Source of the DNA: an uncultured Chitinophaga sp.
Lineage (GTDB): Bacteria > Bacteroidota > Bacteroidia > Chitinophagales > LD1
Assembly: GCA_964631835.1 (NCBI GenBank)
Contig: CAZWAD010000001.1
Coordinates: forward strand, 114,216-178,215
Length of the DNA stretch: 64,000 nt
Direction of reading: 5' to 3'
The notes below the pieces were generated by a model. The model was not told where the DNA came from and made no database searches. It worked only from the letters and a program-made list of their open reading frames with translations. Positions 55,137 through 63,620 of the stretch are shown one piece after another; position 1 is the first letter of the stretch; the number at the start of each line of letters is the position of its first letter. Position numbers and translations under genes: made by a program.

Positions 55137-55195
55137 ATTTTTGTATTCGCTCCATCGGAGCAATCTGTTTGTAGAAAATACATAATTGCCCCTCC

Positions 55196-55764
55196 GCGCA
55201 CCGTAGGTGCCGCCTTATTTCCCTCTTCAAAACGCCTTCGTTATTTTCACGCGTAAATTATTCACCATGCCAAACACATATACTCAACTCTACATTCAAA
55301 TTGTATTTGCTGTGCAAGGCAGACAAAACCTAATTCCCAAACAACACAAAGAAGAACTGCATAGATACATTACCGGTATAGTTCAGAAACGAAATCATAA
55401 AATGATTGCCATAAATTCAATGCCTGACCACGCGCATATTTTTGTCGGATTAAAACCCACGCAATCCATTTCAGATTTAGTGCGCGACATCAAAACCAAT
55501 TCTTCTTCATTTATTACAGAGAAAAAATTTGTACGCGGTAAATTTAATTGGCAGGAAGGTTTCGGAGCATTCTCTTATTCGCATTCGCAAATTGATGCCG
55601 TTGTCAAATACATACTAAATCAGGAAGAACATCATTGCAACAAAACTTTTCGTGAGGAATACATCGGCTTCCTCAAAAAATTTGAGGTTGAATACGATGG
55701 GAAATACTTGTTTGACTGGATTGGGTGATTCTGTCAAATGCAACAGGCGGCACCTACGGTGCGC
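55196..55764 (+). mobile_element. IS200/RAYT-like unit: Y1 transposase gene bracketed by a perfect 20-bp inverted repeat
   Basis: GCGCACCGTAGGTGCCGCCT (55196..55215) is the exact reverse complement of AGGCGGCACCTACGGTGCGC (55745..55764). Confidence 0.85.
55267..55728 (+). CDS. IS200-like / REP-associated tyrosine (Y1, HUH) transposase
   Basis: Start moved to MPNTYTQLYIQIVF at 55267. HUH motif PDHAHIFVG and Tyr motif YILNQEEHH. Confidence 0.85.
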   Translation: MPNTYTQLYIQIVFAVQGRQNLIPKQHKEELHRYITGIVQKRNHKMIAINSMPDHAHIFVGLKPTQSISDLVRDIKTNSSSFITEKKFVRGKFNWQEGFGAFSYSHSQIDAVVKYILNQEEHHCNKTFREEYIGFLKKFEVEYDGKYLFDWIG

Positions 55765-55923
55765 CCCCAAAACGCTTCTTTATCTATACTGCAAACAGAA
55801 AACTCCTAACGGAGTAAGATAAAAACTGGTTGAGCATGGCCAGGCTAATCGCGTAGTGCGCTTTTTTTTGTTTAGCGTAACGAAATAAATTTTAGCCAAT
55901 TTCTTCCCGGCCTTGATCTTTTG

Positions 55924-55949
55924 GTTCTTTTGCATCAAGGCAAAAGAAC
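55924..55949. repeat. hairpin repeat, CTTTTGGTTCYTTT family (copy 1)
   Basis: GTTCTTTTGC-ATCAAG-GCAAAAGAAC, a perfect 10-bp stem. Confidence 0.85.
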
Positions 55950-56039
55950 AAACGCTATTCAACAACCACCCTTCCCAACAAAAGCACTGCCTTTCGAGCA
56001 GAGCCTGTCCGTTTCACGCGGAGCGATTGAAATGCTCAT

Positions 56040-56082
56040 GGTTCCATTATGTTTAAAAATGAGCATGAGCATTCAATGTGTC
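56040..56082. repeat. hairpin repeat, AATGCYCATGAT family (copy 3)
   Basis: AATGCTCATG (56040..56049) is the reverse complement of CATGAGCATT (56073..56082). Confidence 0.8.
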
Positions 56083-56126
56083 CTTTTAAAATCTAACGAG
56101 TTCACATTAAACGTACGATTCTTTTG

Positions 56127-56153
56127 GTTCCTTTTCTTCTAAAGAAAAGGAAC
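56127..56153. repeat. hairpin repeat, CTTTTGGTTCYTTT family (copy 2)
   Basis: GTTCCTTTTCTT-CTA-AAGAAAAGGAAC, a perfect 12-bp stem. It shares the 5' flank GATYCTTTTGGTTC with copy 1. Confidence 0.85.
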
Positions 56154-56240
56154 AAGAAAAACACTTTCAATCAAAAACATCAATTCGGCTAAAGCCAACG
56201 GCAAAACAAAAATCCCTCTCCCGCGAGGTAAAGCCCATTT

Positions 56241-56470
56241 CTGCCGCCCCATATTTAACATCTGCCGCCCCATAATTCCCTTCCGCCTTGCCGTAACCAG
56301 TTTCTGCCTCGTCATAATTAACATCTTCCTCACCATAAAATGTTCCCGCCCTTCCATAATTGCTCTCCGCCCTCTCATATTCAATCTCCGCCTTCCCATA
56401 TCGGGTCTTCGCTTTCCCCTAATCTCCCTGCGCCTGTCCTTATCCTTTCCCCGCCTCTCCCTTTCCAAGT
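56241..56470. repeat. degenerate tandem repeat, about 11 units of 20-21 bp (consensus near CTSCGCCYYCCATAATTNNNT)
   Basis: Units were read by hand, for example CTGCCGCCCCATATTTAACAT, CTGCCGCCCCATAATTCCCTT, CTCCGCCCTCTCATATTCAAT and CTCCGCCTTCCCATATCGGGT. Confidence 0.8.
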
Positions 56471-56526
56471 TCCCACATCTTTAACTTCTCTGCCCTTTTC
56501 TCCACTTTGCCCCTCTCAAAAACGAA

Positions 56527-56739
56527 ATGAGCCGCATAGTCACCCTCTTTAAAACCAAACACGGCAACATCGTTTCGGTATATTCCGCACCCGGCTTTCC
56601 GAACCTGAACGATACACCGCGCTGGCTCAAAAATGCTTCATCGGGTGTATCAAGAGAAGATGAATGCCAACAAAAAATCGCATACACATATCGTAAATGG
56701 CAACACTCATTTCGATTATTCCAATTTAAACCGCGATAA
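56527..56739 (+). pseudogene. trpA: truncated tryptophan synthase alpha chain (only about the first 40 codons are TrpA-like)
   Basis: MSRIVTLFKTKHGNIVSVYSAPGFPNLNDTPRWLKNASSGV fits the TrpA N-terminal pattern (RI..LF..K..N.LS.Y.TAG.PNLNDT......SGV). The downstream sequence lacks the IE.G.PFSDP motif. The ORF stops after 70 codons. Confidence 0.7.
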
Positions 56740-57006
56740 AAAGCAAATGCTTAATTCCAAAATTCTCACCTTCCGCAGAAAGTGCAAACCCACGGGCATA
56801 TTGCTGGGCGACTGTATTAACGAAGCCGAACAACTGACTGCTGCCGCATTAGAAAAAGAAATGAAGGAGATGGAACGGAAGAAGAAAGATTTTCTGCGGA
56901 AATCAGATTAAAGCAGGCGCTTAATTTTCAATACCGCATCACTTTGGAAAAAGAACCACTTTCACCCCGAGCCCCCAAAGGGCAGGTGCATTTTCAGCGG
57001 GCAAAA

Positions 57007-57360
57007 TCAAATCTGGGTTTCGGTCCACTCATTGAAAAGCTCATCCACAAAAATGTTTTCTTCGGGTGTAATGGGCTTAACCGCTTTGGTAAGTTTAATG
57101 GCGTAATCTAGAAGTTCAATGCGCTCTTTCTCAGTGCTGTCTTCATAAAAATCAGCCATGCACTTTTGAAAATGCACCATGTAGTCTTCCGGCTTCAGCG
57201 CGCTGAGAATTTCAATTTCCTTATCGAGGTTAACGTGCAGCGGCATTTCTTTTTCCAGCCATTTTTCAATCACTAAATCTTCTTTGCCGAAAAACTTTCC
57301 GTCAACAGCCGCCAGTATCATCAGTATGTGATACCCGGCAATGGGTTTGTTCATTTTCAT
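57007..57360 (-). CDS. hypothetical protein, TerB-like helical domain
   Basis: ILMILAAVDGKFFGKEDLVIEKWL and a second E...ELLDYAI..T.A....T.EE...V.EL half resemble the TerB/DjlA-N repeat. This is a weak by-eye call. Confidence 0.45.
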   Translation of the reverse strand: MKMNKPIAGYHILMILAAVDGKFFGKEDLVIEKWLEKEMPLHVNLDKEIEILSALKPEDYMVHFQKCMADFYEDSTEKERIELLDYAIKLTKAVKPITPEENIFVDELFNEWTETQI

Positions 57361-57570
57361 CTGTATATATTTTGTTTTTTATTGGTCAAGCAGAAAGTTC
57401 GTGATATGCATTTTGTTCGATGTATAAGCAATCATGAACATTTTATAACGCTTCATTTTTTTCTTCCCTAAATATAAAATTTTCTTTCCACTGCGTGCAT
57501 GGCGAACAAAAAAATTTATTTTTCCCTGCGGGTTTTTATTCGCGGTTTATTCGTTACATTTATTTCCTCT

Positions 57571-58038
57571 ATGCGTGCAAAAAAATATTTCTCTGTTTTC
57601 GTTGCTGCTTTTTTCTCAGCGGCATTTGTTGGCGCACAATCCGGTGGCGGCTATGAGGGCAATGCGTTGTTTTCGTTTCTGGGCAAAAGCGCATCGGGTG
57701 AGGATATCAAAAACCTGGCTGCGAATTACAACTGCGAGCGGATAAACGAGTCGCATTATTTATGTAAGGATGGCATTGAGCTTATTCTGCAGAAAGGGGT
57801 TTTGAGCGAAATTCATTTATACAAAACCAGCGCGGTGTATGGCGGTTTCAAGGGACGGCTTCCGAAAGATTTGCGTTTTGGAATGGGCTCCGGTGATGTA
57901 AAGCGGTTGCTGGGCAAGCCGCTGGTCAGTTATAGTTCCGGTTACTGCGAATTTGAATTGCCGGAGTGTATTGTATCCTGCTGGTTCGATGGCAGCTCGC
58001 TGAGCCAGGTTCACCTCACGCTTAAGCCGGTGAATTAG
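57571..58038 (+). CDS. hypothetical secreted protein
   Basis: Start moved to MRAKKYFSVFVAAFFSAAFVGAQS at 57571 (signal peptide). Two similar halves end in ..LSEIHLY and ..LSQVHLT. Confidence 0.5.
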   Translation: MRAKKYFSVFVAAFFSAAFVGAQSGGGYEGNALFSFLGKSASGEDIKNLAANYNCERINESHYLCKDGIELILQKGVLSEIHLYKTSAVYGGFKGRLPKDLRFGMGSGDVKRLLGKPLVSYSSGYCEFELPECIVSCWFDGSSLSQVHLTLKPVN

Positions 58039-58041
58039 TTT

Positions 58042-59040
58042 TCAGGAATATTGCCGCAGCATTTCCTTCGCGGTGTTTTTTATTTCCTTTTTTAACCCCC
58101 TGGGTTCTGAAATTTTTACCTGCTCCCCGTAGCTCAGCAACTGCATTTTAAGCTCGTGGTTAATAACTACGTTCAGCGATATGCGCAATTCGTTTTTGGT
58201 GTCTTTTAAAATTTTCTGCGATTGATGAATGGGAATGGTCTTGATGTACTTTCCCTGAATGGGTGTAAATGATAAAATAACCTTCTCCGGCTTTCCCCCT
58301 CCGATAGTAACCCCCACCACATTTTTAAAAAAGTTTTTCCGGTCAATTTTTTTCGGGTCAAATGTTTCTTCGGTAAGCTGCAAATCATGAATGCGGTCGA
58401 GCGCAAACGTGAGTATCTTCTTTTCTTTGCTATTCACGCGCCTGCCAATGACATACCAGAAGTTTTTCGCCTCCTTAATTAAATACGGCTCCAGGAAATT
58501 CTGTGAAATATTATCGCTGCCGTGTTTCTGGTAGGTAAATTTCAAAATACGTTTTTCCGAAATAGCGCGCAGCACCGGTTCCACAAATTCGATTCCCTTA
58601 AACACAAAGGGCTTGTCTAAATGAATATAGTCCGCCTCCCCGCGGGCTTCTTTGTTCAGTTTTACAGTAGAAGCAATTTTACGGATGGCGTCTTCAAATT
58701 CTTTAATGGCGGGCAGGTGCTTGAACTGGTCGAGAATGCTGATGGCAAAATCGAGCCCGTGCAACTCATCGGCAGTAACCGGCAGGTTGCTGATGGAATA
58801 GTTTTCCTCGCTGTAGCGGTAGGTTCTTTCTGCCTTGTTATAAATTATCGGAGCGTTGAAGTTCAGGTTCTGGTTGTAACGCATCTCCTGCAGGTCAAGC
58901 TGTATGGTTCGTTTGGAAACCGGGTTATCTAATTTACCACTTACAAAATCAATCAGCTCTTCCAATTGCGGATAGGGCTTTTTGCGCAGGCGGTAATCAA
59001 TGGCTCGGTAACGGCTGTAAGCATCGCGGTTTAACGGCAT
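58042..59040 (-). CDS. WYL-domain transcriptional regulator (wHTH-WYL-WCX layout)
   Basis: Start moved to MPLNRDAYSRYRAIDYRL at 59040. N-terminal wHTH (VSKRTIQLDLQEM) and WYL core NFWYVIGRR.....ILTFALDRI. Confidence 0.85.
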   Translation of the reverse strand: MPLNRDAYSRYRAIDYRLRKKPYPQLEELIDFVSGKLDNPVSKRTIQLDLQEMRYNQNLNFNAPIIYNKAERTYRYSEENYSISNLPVTADELHGLDFAISILDQFKHLPAIKEFEDAIRKIASTVKLNKEARGEADYIHLDKPFVFKGIEFVEPVLRAISEKRILKFTYQKHGSDNISQNFLEPYLIKEAKNFWYVIGRRVNSKEKKILTFALDRIHDLQLTEETFDPKKIDRKNFFKNVVGVTIGGGKPEKVILSFTPIQGKYIKTIPIHQSQKILKDTKNELRISLNVVINHELKMQLLSYGEQVKISEPRGLKKEIKNTAKEMLRQYS

Positions 59041-59121
59041 AGGGCAAAAAAAGAAATAATTTTTTTCTGCGCATATACATTGCGCTGTGCGGGTGCACTT
59101 TTGCTTTATAAAACAACCGTT

Positions 59122-59514
59122 ATGAAGAAACATTTAAACAGCCGCGAAATTTTTATCAACGAAATTCAGTTTCATCGCAAGGATGTTATTTACCTGTTTG
59201 GGTTTTTCTGTTCCGATGGGAAGTTTGTGCGCAGCCGCTTCGTATGCAACCGTAAAATGCTTTACGCCCTGCTGGTGCAAAACGGGAAGACCGGGCGGGA
59301 AATTATTGCCCTCATCCGCACCCTGCTCGAACGCCCTCATGCTTCACCCCTGTGCATTGATCTGATTGACCACTTCGGCACCACGCTTCCGCTGCAGGCG
59401 TATTCCATACAAATGCAAATTCCTTTTCCCGAAACCTCGTTTGAAAAAGCAAACAGCGAACGCGGAAATGAGGTGCTTTTTATTGAACGCATAATTCCTT
59501 TCCCTGCCGCGTAA
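59122..59514 (+). CDS. hypothetical protein (130 aa), divergent from the WYL regulator
   Basis: ATG at 59122 inside the tracked ORF. No family recognised. Confidence 0.4.
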   Translation: MKKHLNSREIFINEIQFHRKDVIYLFGFFCSDGKFVRSRFVCNRKMLYALLVQNGKTGREIIALIRTLLERPHASPLCIDLIDHFGTTLPLQAYSIQMQIPFPETSFEKANSERGNEVLFIERIIPFPAA

Positions 59515-59539
59515 ATCATTTAAAAACTAAACCCATTTT

Positions 59540-59737
59540 ATGAGTATCAAAACTTACAACCGAATCAATCCTCCTAAAAAAACAGTAGGCGATTACCTGC
59601 AATCGCTCAACAGCGATGAACTGGAAAACATTTACAGCTTGACATTTTCATACGAAGTAAAAATACCGGAGCTGATAAAGAAGATGCAGGATGAGTTGCT
59701 AAAGCGGAAAGCCGATTTTCAAGTAACCTTGATATAA
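59540..59737 (+). CDS. hypothetical small protein (65 aa)
   Basis: Tracked ORF starting 25 nt after the preceding ORF, on the same strand. No family recognised. Confidence 0.35.
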   Translation: MSIKTYNRINPPKKTVGDYLQSLNSDELENIYSLTFSYEVKIPELIKKMQDELLKRKADFQVTLI

Positions 59738-59789
59738 CACAACAAAGGTGGTTTGCAGGTAAGCCCTGCGTCTTGGATGCACGGACTTT

Positions 59790-61022
59790 TTACATTTTCA
59801 GCTTCCTCATTTTCGGAGCAAACACAAACGTTGCAACTACCACCATAAGGGTCATACATCCTCCGAAAATGACAGACGGCACCGTGCCCATAATTTTTGC
59901 TGCCAGTCCACTTTCAAAGGCACCAATTTCGTTCGATGAAGAAATAAAGATTTGATTGATGGCGCTTACCCGCCCGCGCATGTTATCGGGCGTCATGGTT
60001 TGCAGAATGGTTTGGCGGATAACCACGCTTATATTATCGAAAGCACCGGTGAGGAAAAGCATGGCGAAAGAAAGAAGAAAGCTTTCTGAAACCGCAAAGG
60101 CAATAGTGGCGATTCCAAAACCCGTAACAGCTATTAATAAATTTCTTCCGGCAAATCGAACCGGTGGATTATATGCCAGGAACAAACCCATGATTACGCT
60201 TCCCAGAAAAGGAGCTGAGCGAAGAAACCCCAACCCCTGGGGGCCAATGTGAAGAATATCTTTAGCATATACCGGCAGAAGCGCTACGGCTCCGCCAAAT
60301 AACACGGCAAACAAATCAAGCGAAATAGCCGAAAGCATGACTTGCGTTTTAAAAACAAAGCGCAGGCCTGCCGTGAGCGATTCGAAAAGCGTTTCGTTCT
60401 TTTCTTTAGGAGGGGTGGGTTTTACCGGCACACGGAGAAATATGAAAAACGAAGCCAGCATAAGCACAACCGCAATTGAAAAGGAAATTCGGATATTGGT
60501 ATAGCCGTATATTATTCCGCCCAAAGCAGGGCCGGCTACGGCTGCTGTTTGCCATGTGTTGCTGCCCCAGGTAGCTCCGTTGGCATACAACTCCCTCGGA
60601 AGCAGTTGTGGGAAAATACTTTGAAATGCGGGAGCCATAAATCCGCGGACAATTCCGCTTAAGCCAATGATGAAGTATATCGGCATCGGGCCATAGGTTT
60701 TTAAAAACTGTGCATCGCCCGCCAGAAAAAAACCTATGGCGGCAAAGCAGAGGGTTATTCCTATGATTGTGCTCCGGGCTATTTTGTACCTATTAAAAGT
60801 ATCTGCTGCGTGTCCGCTGTAAAGCGAGGTAAGGATAAACGGAAGCGCTTCGCTTAATCCAATCAGCCCGAGAGCAAGTTTGTCGTTAGTGATTTCATAA
60901 ATTTTCCAGCCGACAATCGTTTCTGCCATTTGCACAGCAAACGTGAGCGTAAACCTGGAAAGCTGAAAATTTCGGAAAGCGGCAATTCGCAATGCCGCGT
61001 ATGCGTCCGGCTTGTCTTTCAT
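59790..61022 (-). CDS. MFS transporter
   Basis: Start moved to MKDKPDAY at 61022. A 12-TM layout typical of the MFS_3/EntS-like group. Confidence 0.85.
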   Translation of the reverse strand: MKDKPDAYAALRIAAFRNFQLSRFTLTFAVQMAETIVGWKIYEITNDKLALGLIGLSEALPFILTSLYSGHAADTFNRYKIARSTIIGITLCFAAIGFFLAGDAQFLKTYGPMPIYFIIGLSGIVRGFMAPAFQSIFPQLLPRELYANGATWGSNTWQTAAVAGPALGGIIYGYTNIRISFSIAVVLMLASFFIFLRVPVKPTPPKEKNETLFESLTAGLRFVFKTQVMLSAISLDLFAVLFGGAVALLPVYAKDILHIGPQGLGFLRSAPFLGSVIMGLFLAYNPPVRFAGRNLLIAVTGFGIATIAFAVSESFLLSFAMLFLTGAFDNISVVIRQTILQTMTPDNMRGRVSAINQIFISSSNEIGAFESGLAAKIMGTVPSVIFGGCMTLMVVVATFVFAPKMRKLKM

Positions 61023-61023
61023 T

Positions 61024-61815
61024 TCATGTGCTTCTTTGCCGTACTGCTTCAAATAATAGTAGTGCCGCACTCACACTTACATTCAGCGAATCAATTTTTC
61101 CGCGCATGGGGATTTTGATTTTTTCGTTTGCAGTCTCAATCCATTCTTTGCTTAACCCTGTGGCTTCGGTGCCGACAACAATAGCGGTAGCGGTTTTAAA
61201 ATTTTGTTCGTAGTGAAATTTTTTAGCCCCTAATTCTGCCGCAAATGTGGTGATGCTGTTTCTTTTCAAAAATAAGATTGCCTCTTTGGTTTCACAAACA
61301 GCTACTTGATTTGTGAAGACGGTTCCGATGCTTGAGCGGATAACGTTCGGGTTATACAAATCGGTTTTTGAGTCGCAGATAATCACGGCATCAACACCTG
61401 CGGCATCGCAGGTGCGAAACATGGCGCCAAGATTGCCGGGCTTTTCCACCCCCTCAATAACCAGGATAAGCGGATTTTCTTTTATCCGAAGACTTTCCAG
61501 CGGATGTATTTTCGGCTCTGCTGTAGCAATTATACCTTCGGTTGTTTCGCGATAAGCTAGTGAATTATAAATAGATTTTGAAATTGCTTGCTGGTAGTTG
61601 ACAGCTGACAATTCTGAAAGCGGATACTGTGTTGAATCCCGAAAAATTTCGGGACAAATAAAAAGTTCGTTGATTTTATAACCCGCTTTATGAGCAAGGA
61701 TTGTTTCGCGCAAACCCTCAATCAAAATCAGATTTTGTTTTCTTCGTTCGCCTGTTTTTTCAAGCTTCTTCAGGTTTTTGATTTTTGGGTTTTGGGTGCT
61801 GCTTATGCGCTCCAT
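61024..61815 (-). CDS. TrmH/SpoU-family RNA 2'-O-methyltransferase
   Basis: Start moved to MERISSTQNPKIK at 61815. Motifs are LVIEGVEKPGNLGAMFRT, VGTEATGLS and IPMRGKIDSLNVSVSAA. Confidence 0.85.
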   Translation of the reverse strand: MERISSTQNPKIKNLKKLEKTGERRKQNLILIEGLRETILAHKAGYKINELFICPEIFRDSTQYPLSELSAVNYQQAISKSIYNSLAYRETTEGIIATAEPKIHPLESLRIKENPLILVIEGVEKPGNLGAMFRTCDAAGVDAVIICDSKTDLYNPNVIRSSIGTVFTNQVAVCETKEAILFLKRNSITTFAAELGAKKFHYEQNFKTATAIVVGTEATGLSKEWIETANEKIKIPMRGKIDSLNVSVSAALLLFEAVRQRST

Positions 61816-61881
61816 GGTGTGCGAATGTAGGGTTTTTGATTTCGCGATAATTGGTGTTATTCGTAGATACAAATTTTTTTC

Positions 61882-62904
61882 GTGTCAGCACCGGCTCAAA
61901 CAAAGGTTGTTTTTTATCACTATAATGCCGAGGAGTGTATTTGTGAGGAAGACACTTCATTAAGTACGTGCGCGGCCTATGACACATCAAATCATGTAAG
62001 CTGGATAAGTATTATCGGAATCAGCGACTCGGCTGTATTGCACCAGGCGGCAGAAATTTTTAAAATTCACCCGCTGGTGATGGAAGACATCGCCAACCCC
62101 AACCAGCGCGCCAAGGTGGAGGCTTACGGAGATATGCTTTATATCGTTCTTCGCACTTTTACGGTAAAGGACGGGGCGATTTTAGACCAACAGGCAAGTT
62201 TTGTTTTACGCAATAACTTACTCCTTTCTTTTCGGGAATATGATTTGGGGATTTTTAGAAAAATGGTGGGCGATAAATTGATTTCGGGTGCCGGAAATCT
62301 TCGTAAAAAGGGCGAAGATTATTTGTTGTACACCATCCTCGATATCATTATTGATCACTACTATTTTGTTTTGGAACACATTAACGAACAATTAGAAATG
62401 CTTGACAGCGAAATTCTGAGGCGCCCCGATGACCATCATATCATTTTGCTGCAACAACTGAAGAACGAAGTGTTATATCTCCGGAAATTTCTTCTTCCCG
62501 CCCGCGACCTGATAAATAACCTAATACGGAATGAAGTACAATATTTCGAAGAAGAGAATAAATATTATCTCCGCGATTTGCAGGACCATGTAACCCGCGA
62601 CATTGAAGAGCTGGATTTTCAGCGCGATCAGGTAAACTCGCTCATGGATTTATATTACTCGTTCCAGACACACAAAATGAACAATGTAATGAAAACGCTT
62701 ACTACGGTTTCGTTTGTGTTGCTTCCGCTTACATTTATTGCTACCATTTACGGAATGAACTTCCGCTTTATGCCCCGCGTTGATGACCCGTACGGGTTTT
62801 GGGAGGTCCTTGGTGGTATGGGCATCGTATCGTCTATCCTCCTGTTTTTTGCTTTCAGAAGAAAGTGGATTTCGACAAAAACATTTACAAAAGACAAGGA
62901 ATAG
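61882..62904 (+). CDS. corA: magnesium/cobalt transporter CorA
   Basis: YGMNF signature and two C-terminal TM helices. Apparent GTG start. Confidence 0.9.
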   Translation: MSAPAQTKVVFYHYNAEECICEEDTSLSTCAAYDTSNHVSWISIIGISDSAVLHQAAEIFKIHPLVMEDIANPNQRAKVEAYGDMLYIVLRTFTVKDGAILDQQASFVLRNNLLLSFREYDLGIFRKMVGDKLISGAGNLRKKGEDYLLYTILDIIIDHYYFVLEHINEQLEMLDSEILRRPDDHHIILLQQLKNEVLYLRKFLLPARDLINNLIRNEVQYFEEENKYYLRDLQDHVTRDIEELDFQRDQVNSLMDLYYSFQTHKMNNVMKTLTTVSFVLLPLTFIATIYGMNFRFMPRVDDPYGFWEVLGGMGIVSSILLFFAFRRKWISTKTFTKDKE

Positions 62905-62906
62905 TA

Positions 62907-63479
62907 ATGAAAATAGGCCTCTTCTTTGGTTCTTTTAACCCGGTTCATAATGGTCATTTGATTATTGCCAATTACATCTGTGAAACCACAGATTTGAATA
63001 AAGTGTGGCTGGTTGTTTCTCCTCAAAACCCATTGAAACCAAAGGAAACTTTACTCCGGGAGTATGACCGTTTACATCTCATTAACCTCGCCATTGAAGA
63101 CAACAAAAACCTGAAGGCTTCAAATATTGAATTTAACCTGCCTAAACCAAGCTACACTATTGATACACTTATTTACTTAAAAGAAAAGTATCCTCAGCAT
63201 GAGTTTGCTCTAATCATGGGCAGCGATAACATTGCAAGTATTCATAAATGGAAAAACTATGAATTACTGCTTAAATACCCGGTTTATATCTATCCTCGGA
63301 GAGCAACCGATAAAAACCCCTTCCCGAAAAACAAAAACATAAGAATTCTTGACTTCCCTTACCTCGACATCTCTGCCACTTTCATTCGAGAGAATTTGAA
63401 GAAAGGCATCTCCATGCAATATTTCCTGCCCGAATCTGTTTGGAAGTACATTGAAGAAACTAAACTCTATCGGAAATAA
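62907..63479 (+). CDS. nadD: nicotinate-nucleotide adenylyltransferase
   Basis: Start moved to MKIGLFFGSFNPVHNGH at 62907. ISATFIR motif. Confidence 0.92.
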   Translation: MKIGLFFGSFNPVHNGHLIIANYICETTDLNKVWLVVSPQNPLKPKETLLREYDRLHLINLAIEDNKNLKASNIEFNLPKPSYTIDTLIYLKEKYPQHEFALIMGSDNIASIHKWKNYELLLKYPVYIYPRRATDKNPFPKNKNIRILDFPYLDISATFIRENLKKGISMQYFLPESVWKYIEETKLYRK

Positions 63480-63489
63480 TTTTTTAACA

Positions 63490-63620
63490 ATAGCCGTGTG
63501 AATTAGGCCGAAAACTCGTGCATATTTCGCTTAAATCTTTTTTTGGCGATATGAAAATAATTTGCTTCACGTTTTTTCCTTTTCGCCCGCTAAAAAATTG
63601 AAAGAAATTCACACGGCTAT
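63490..63620. repeat. 131-nt extended imperfect hairpin closed by a perfect 15-bp inverted repeat
   Basis: ATAGCCGTGTGAATT (63490..63504) is the reverse complement of AATTCACACGGCTAT (63606..63620). Inner partial pairing is GGCCGAAAA..CGTG against CACG..TTTTCGCCC. Confidence 0.8.

Noticed and set aside
56139-56468. A 109-aa Arg-rich ORF on the minus strand, considered as a real protein-coding gene.
   Set aside because: Its reading frame is generated by the tandem repeat, and its hydrophobic C-terminus is encoded by a REP hairpin. It is not annotated as a CDS. It is reported only as a property of the repeat array.
56633-56911. A 92-aa ORF after the trpA stub, considered as the frameshifted remainder of TrpA. 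Its GILLGDCINEAE segment loosely resembles the TrpA C-terminal G.I.GSA..K.
   Set aside because: The TrpA core motifs (PFSDP.ADGP and GFGIS) are absent in all frames. The resemblance is too weak to call, so the ORF is left unannotated.
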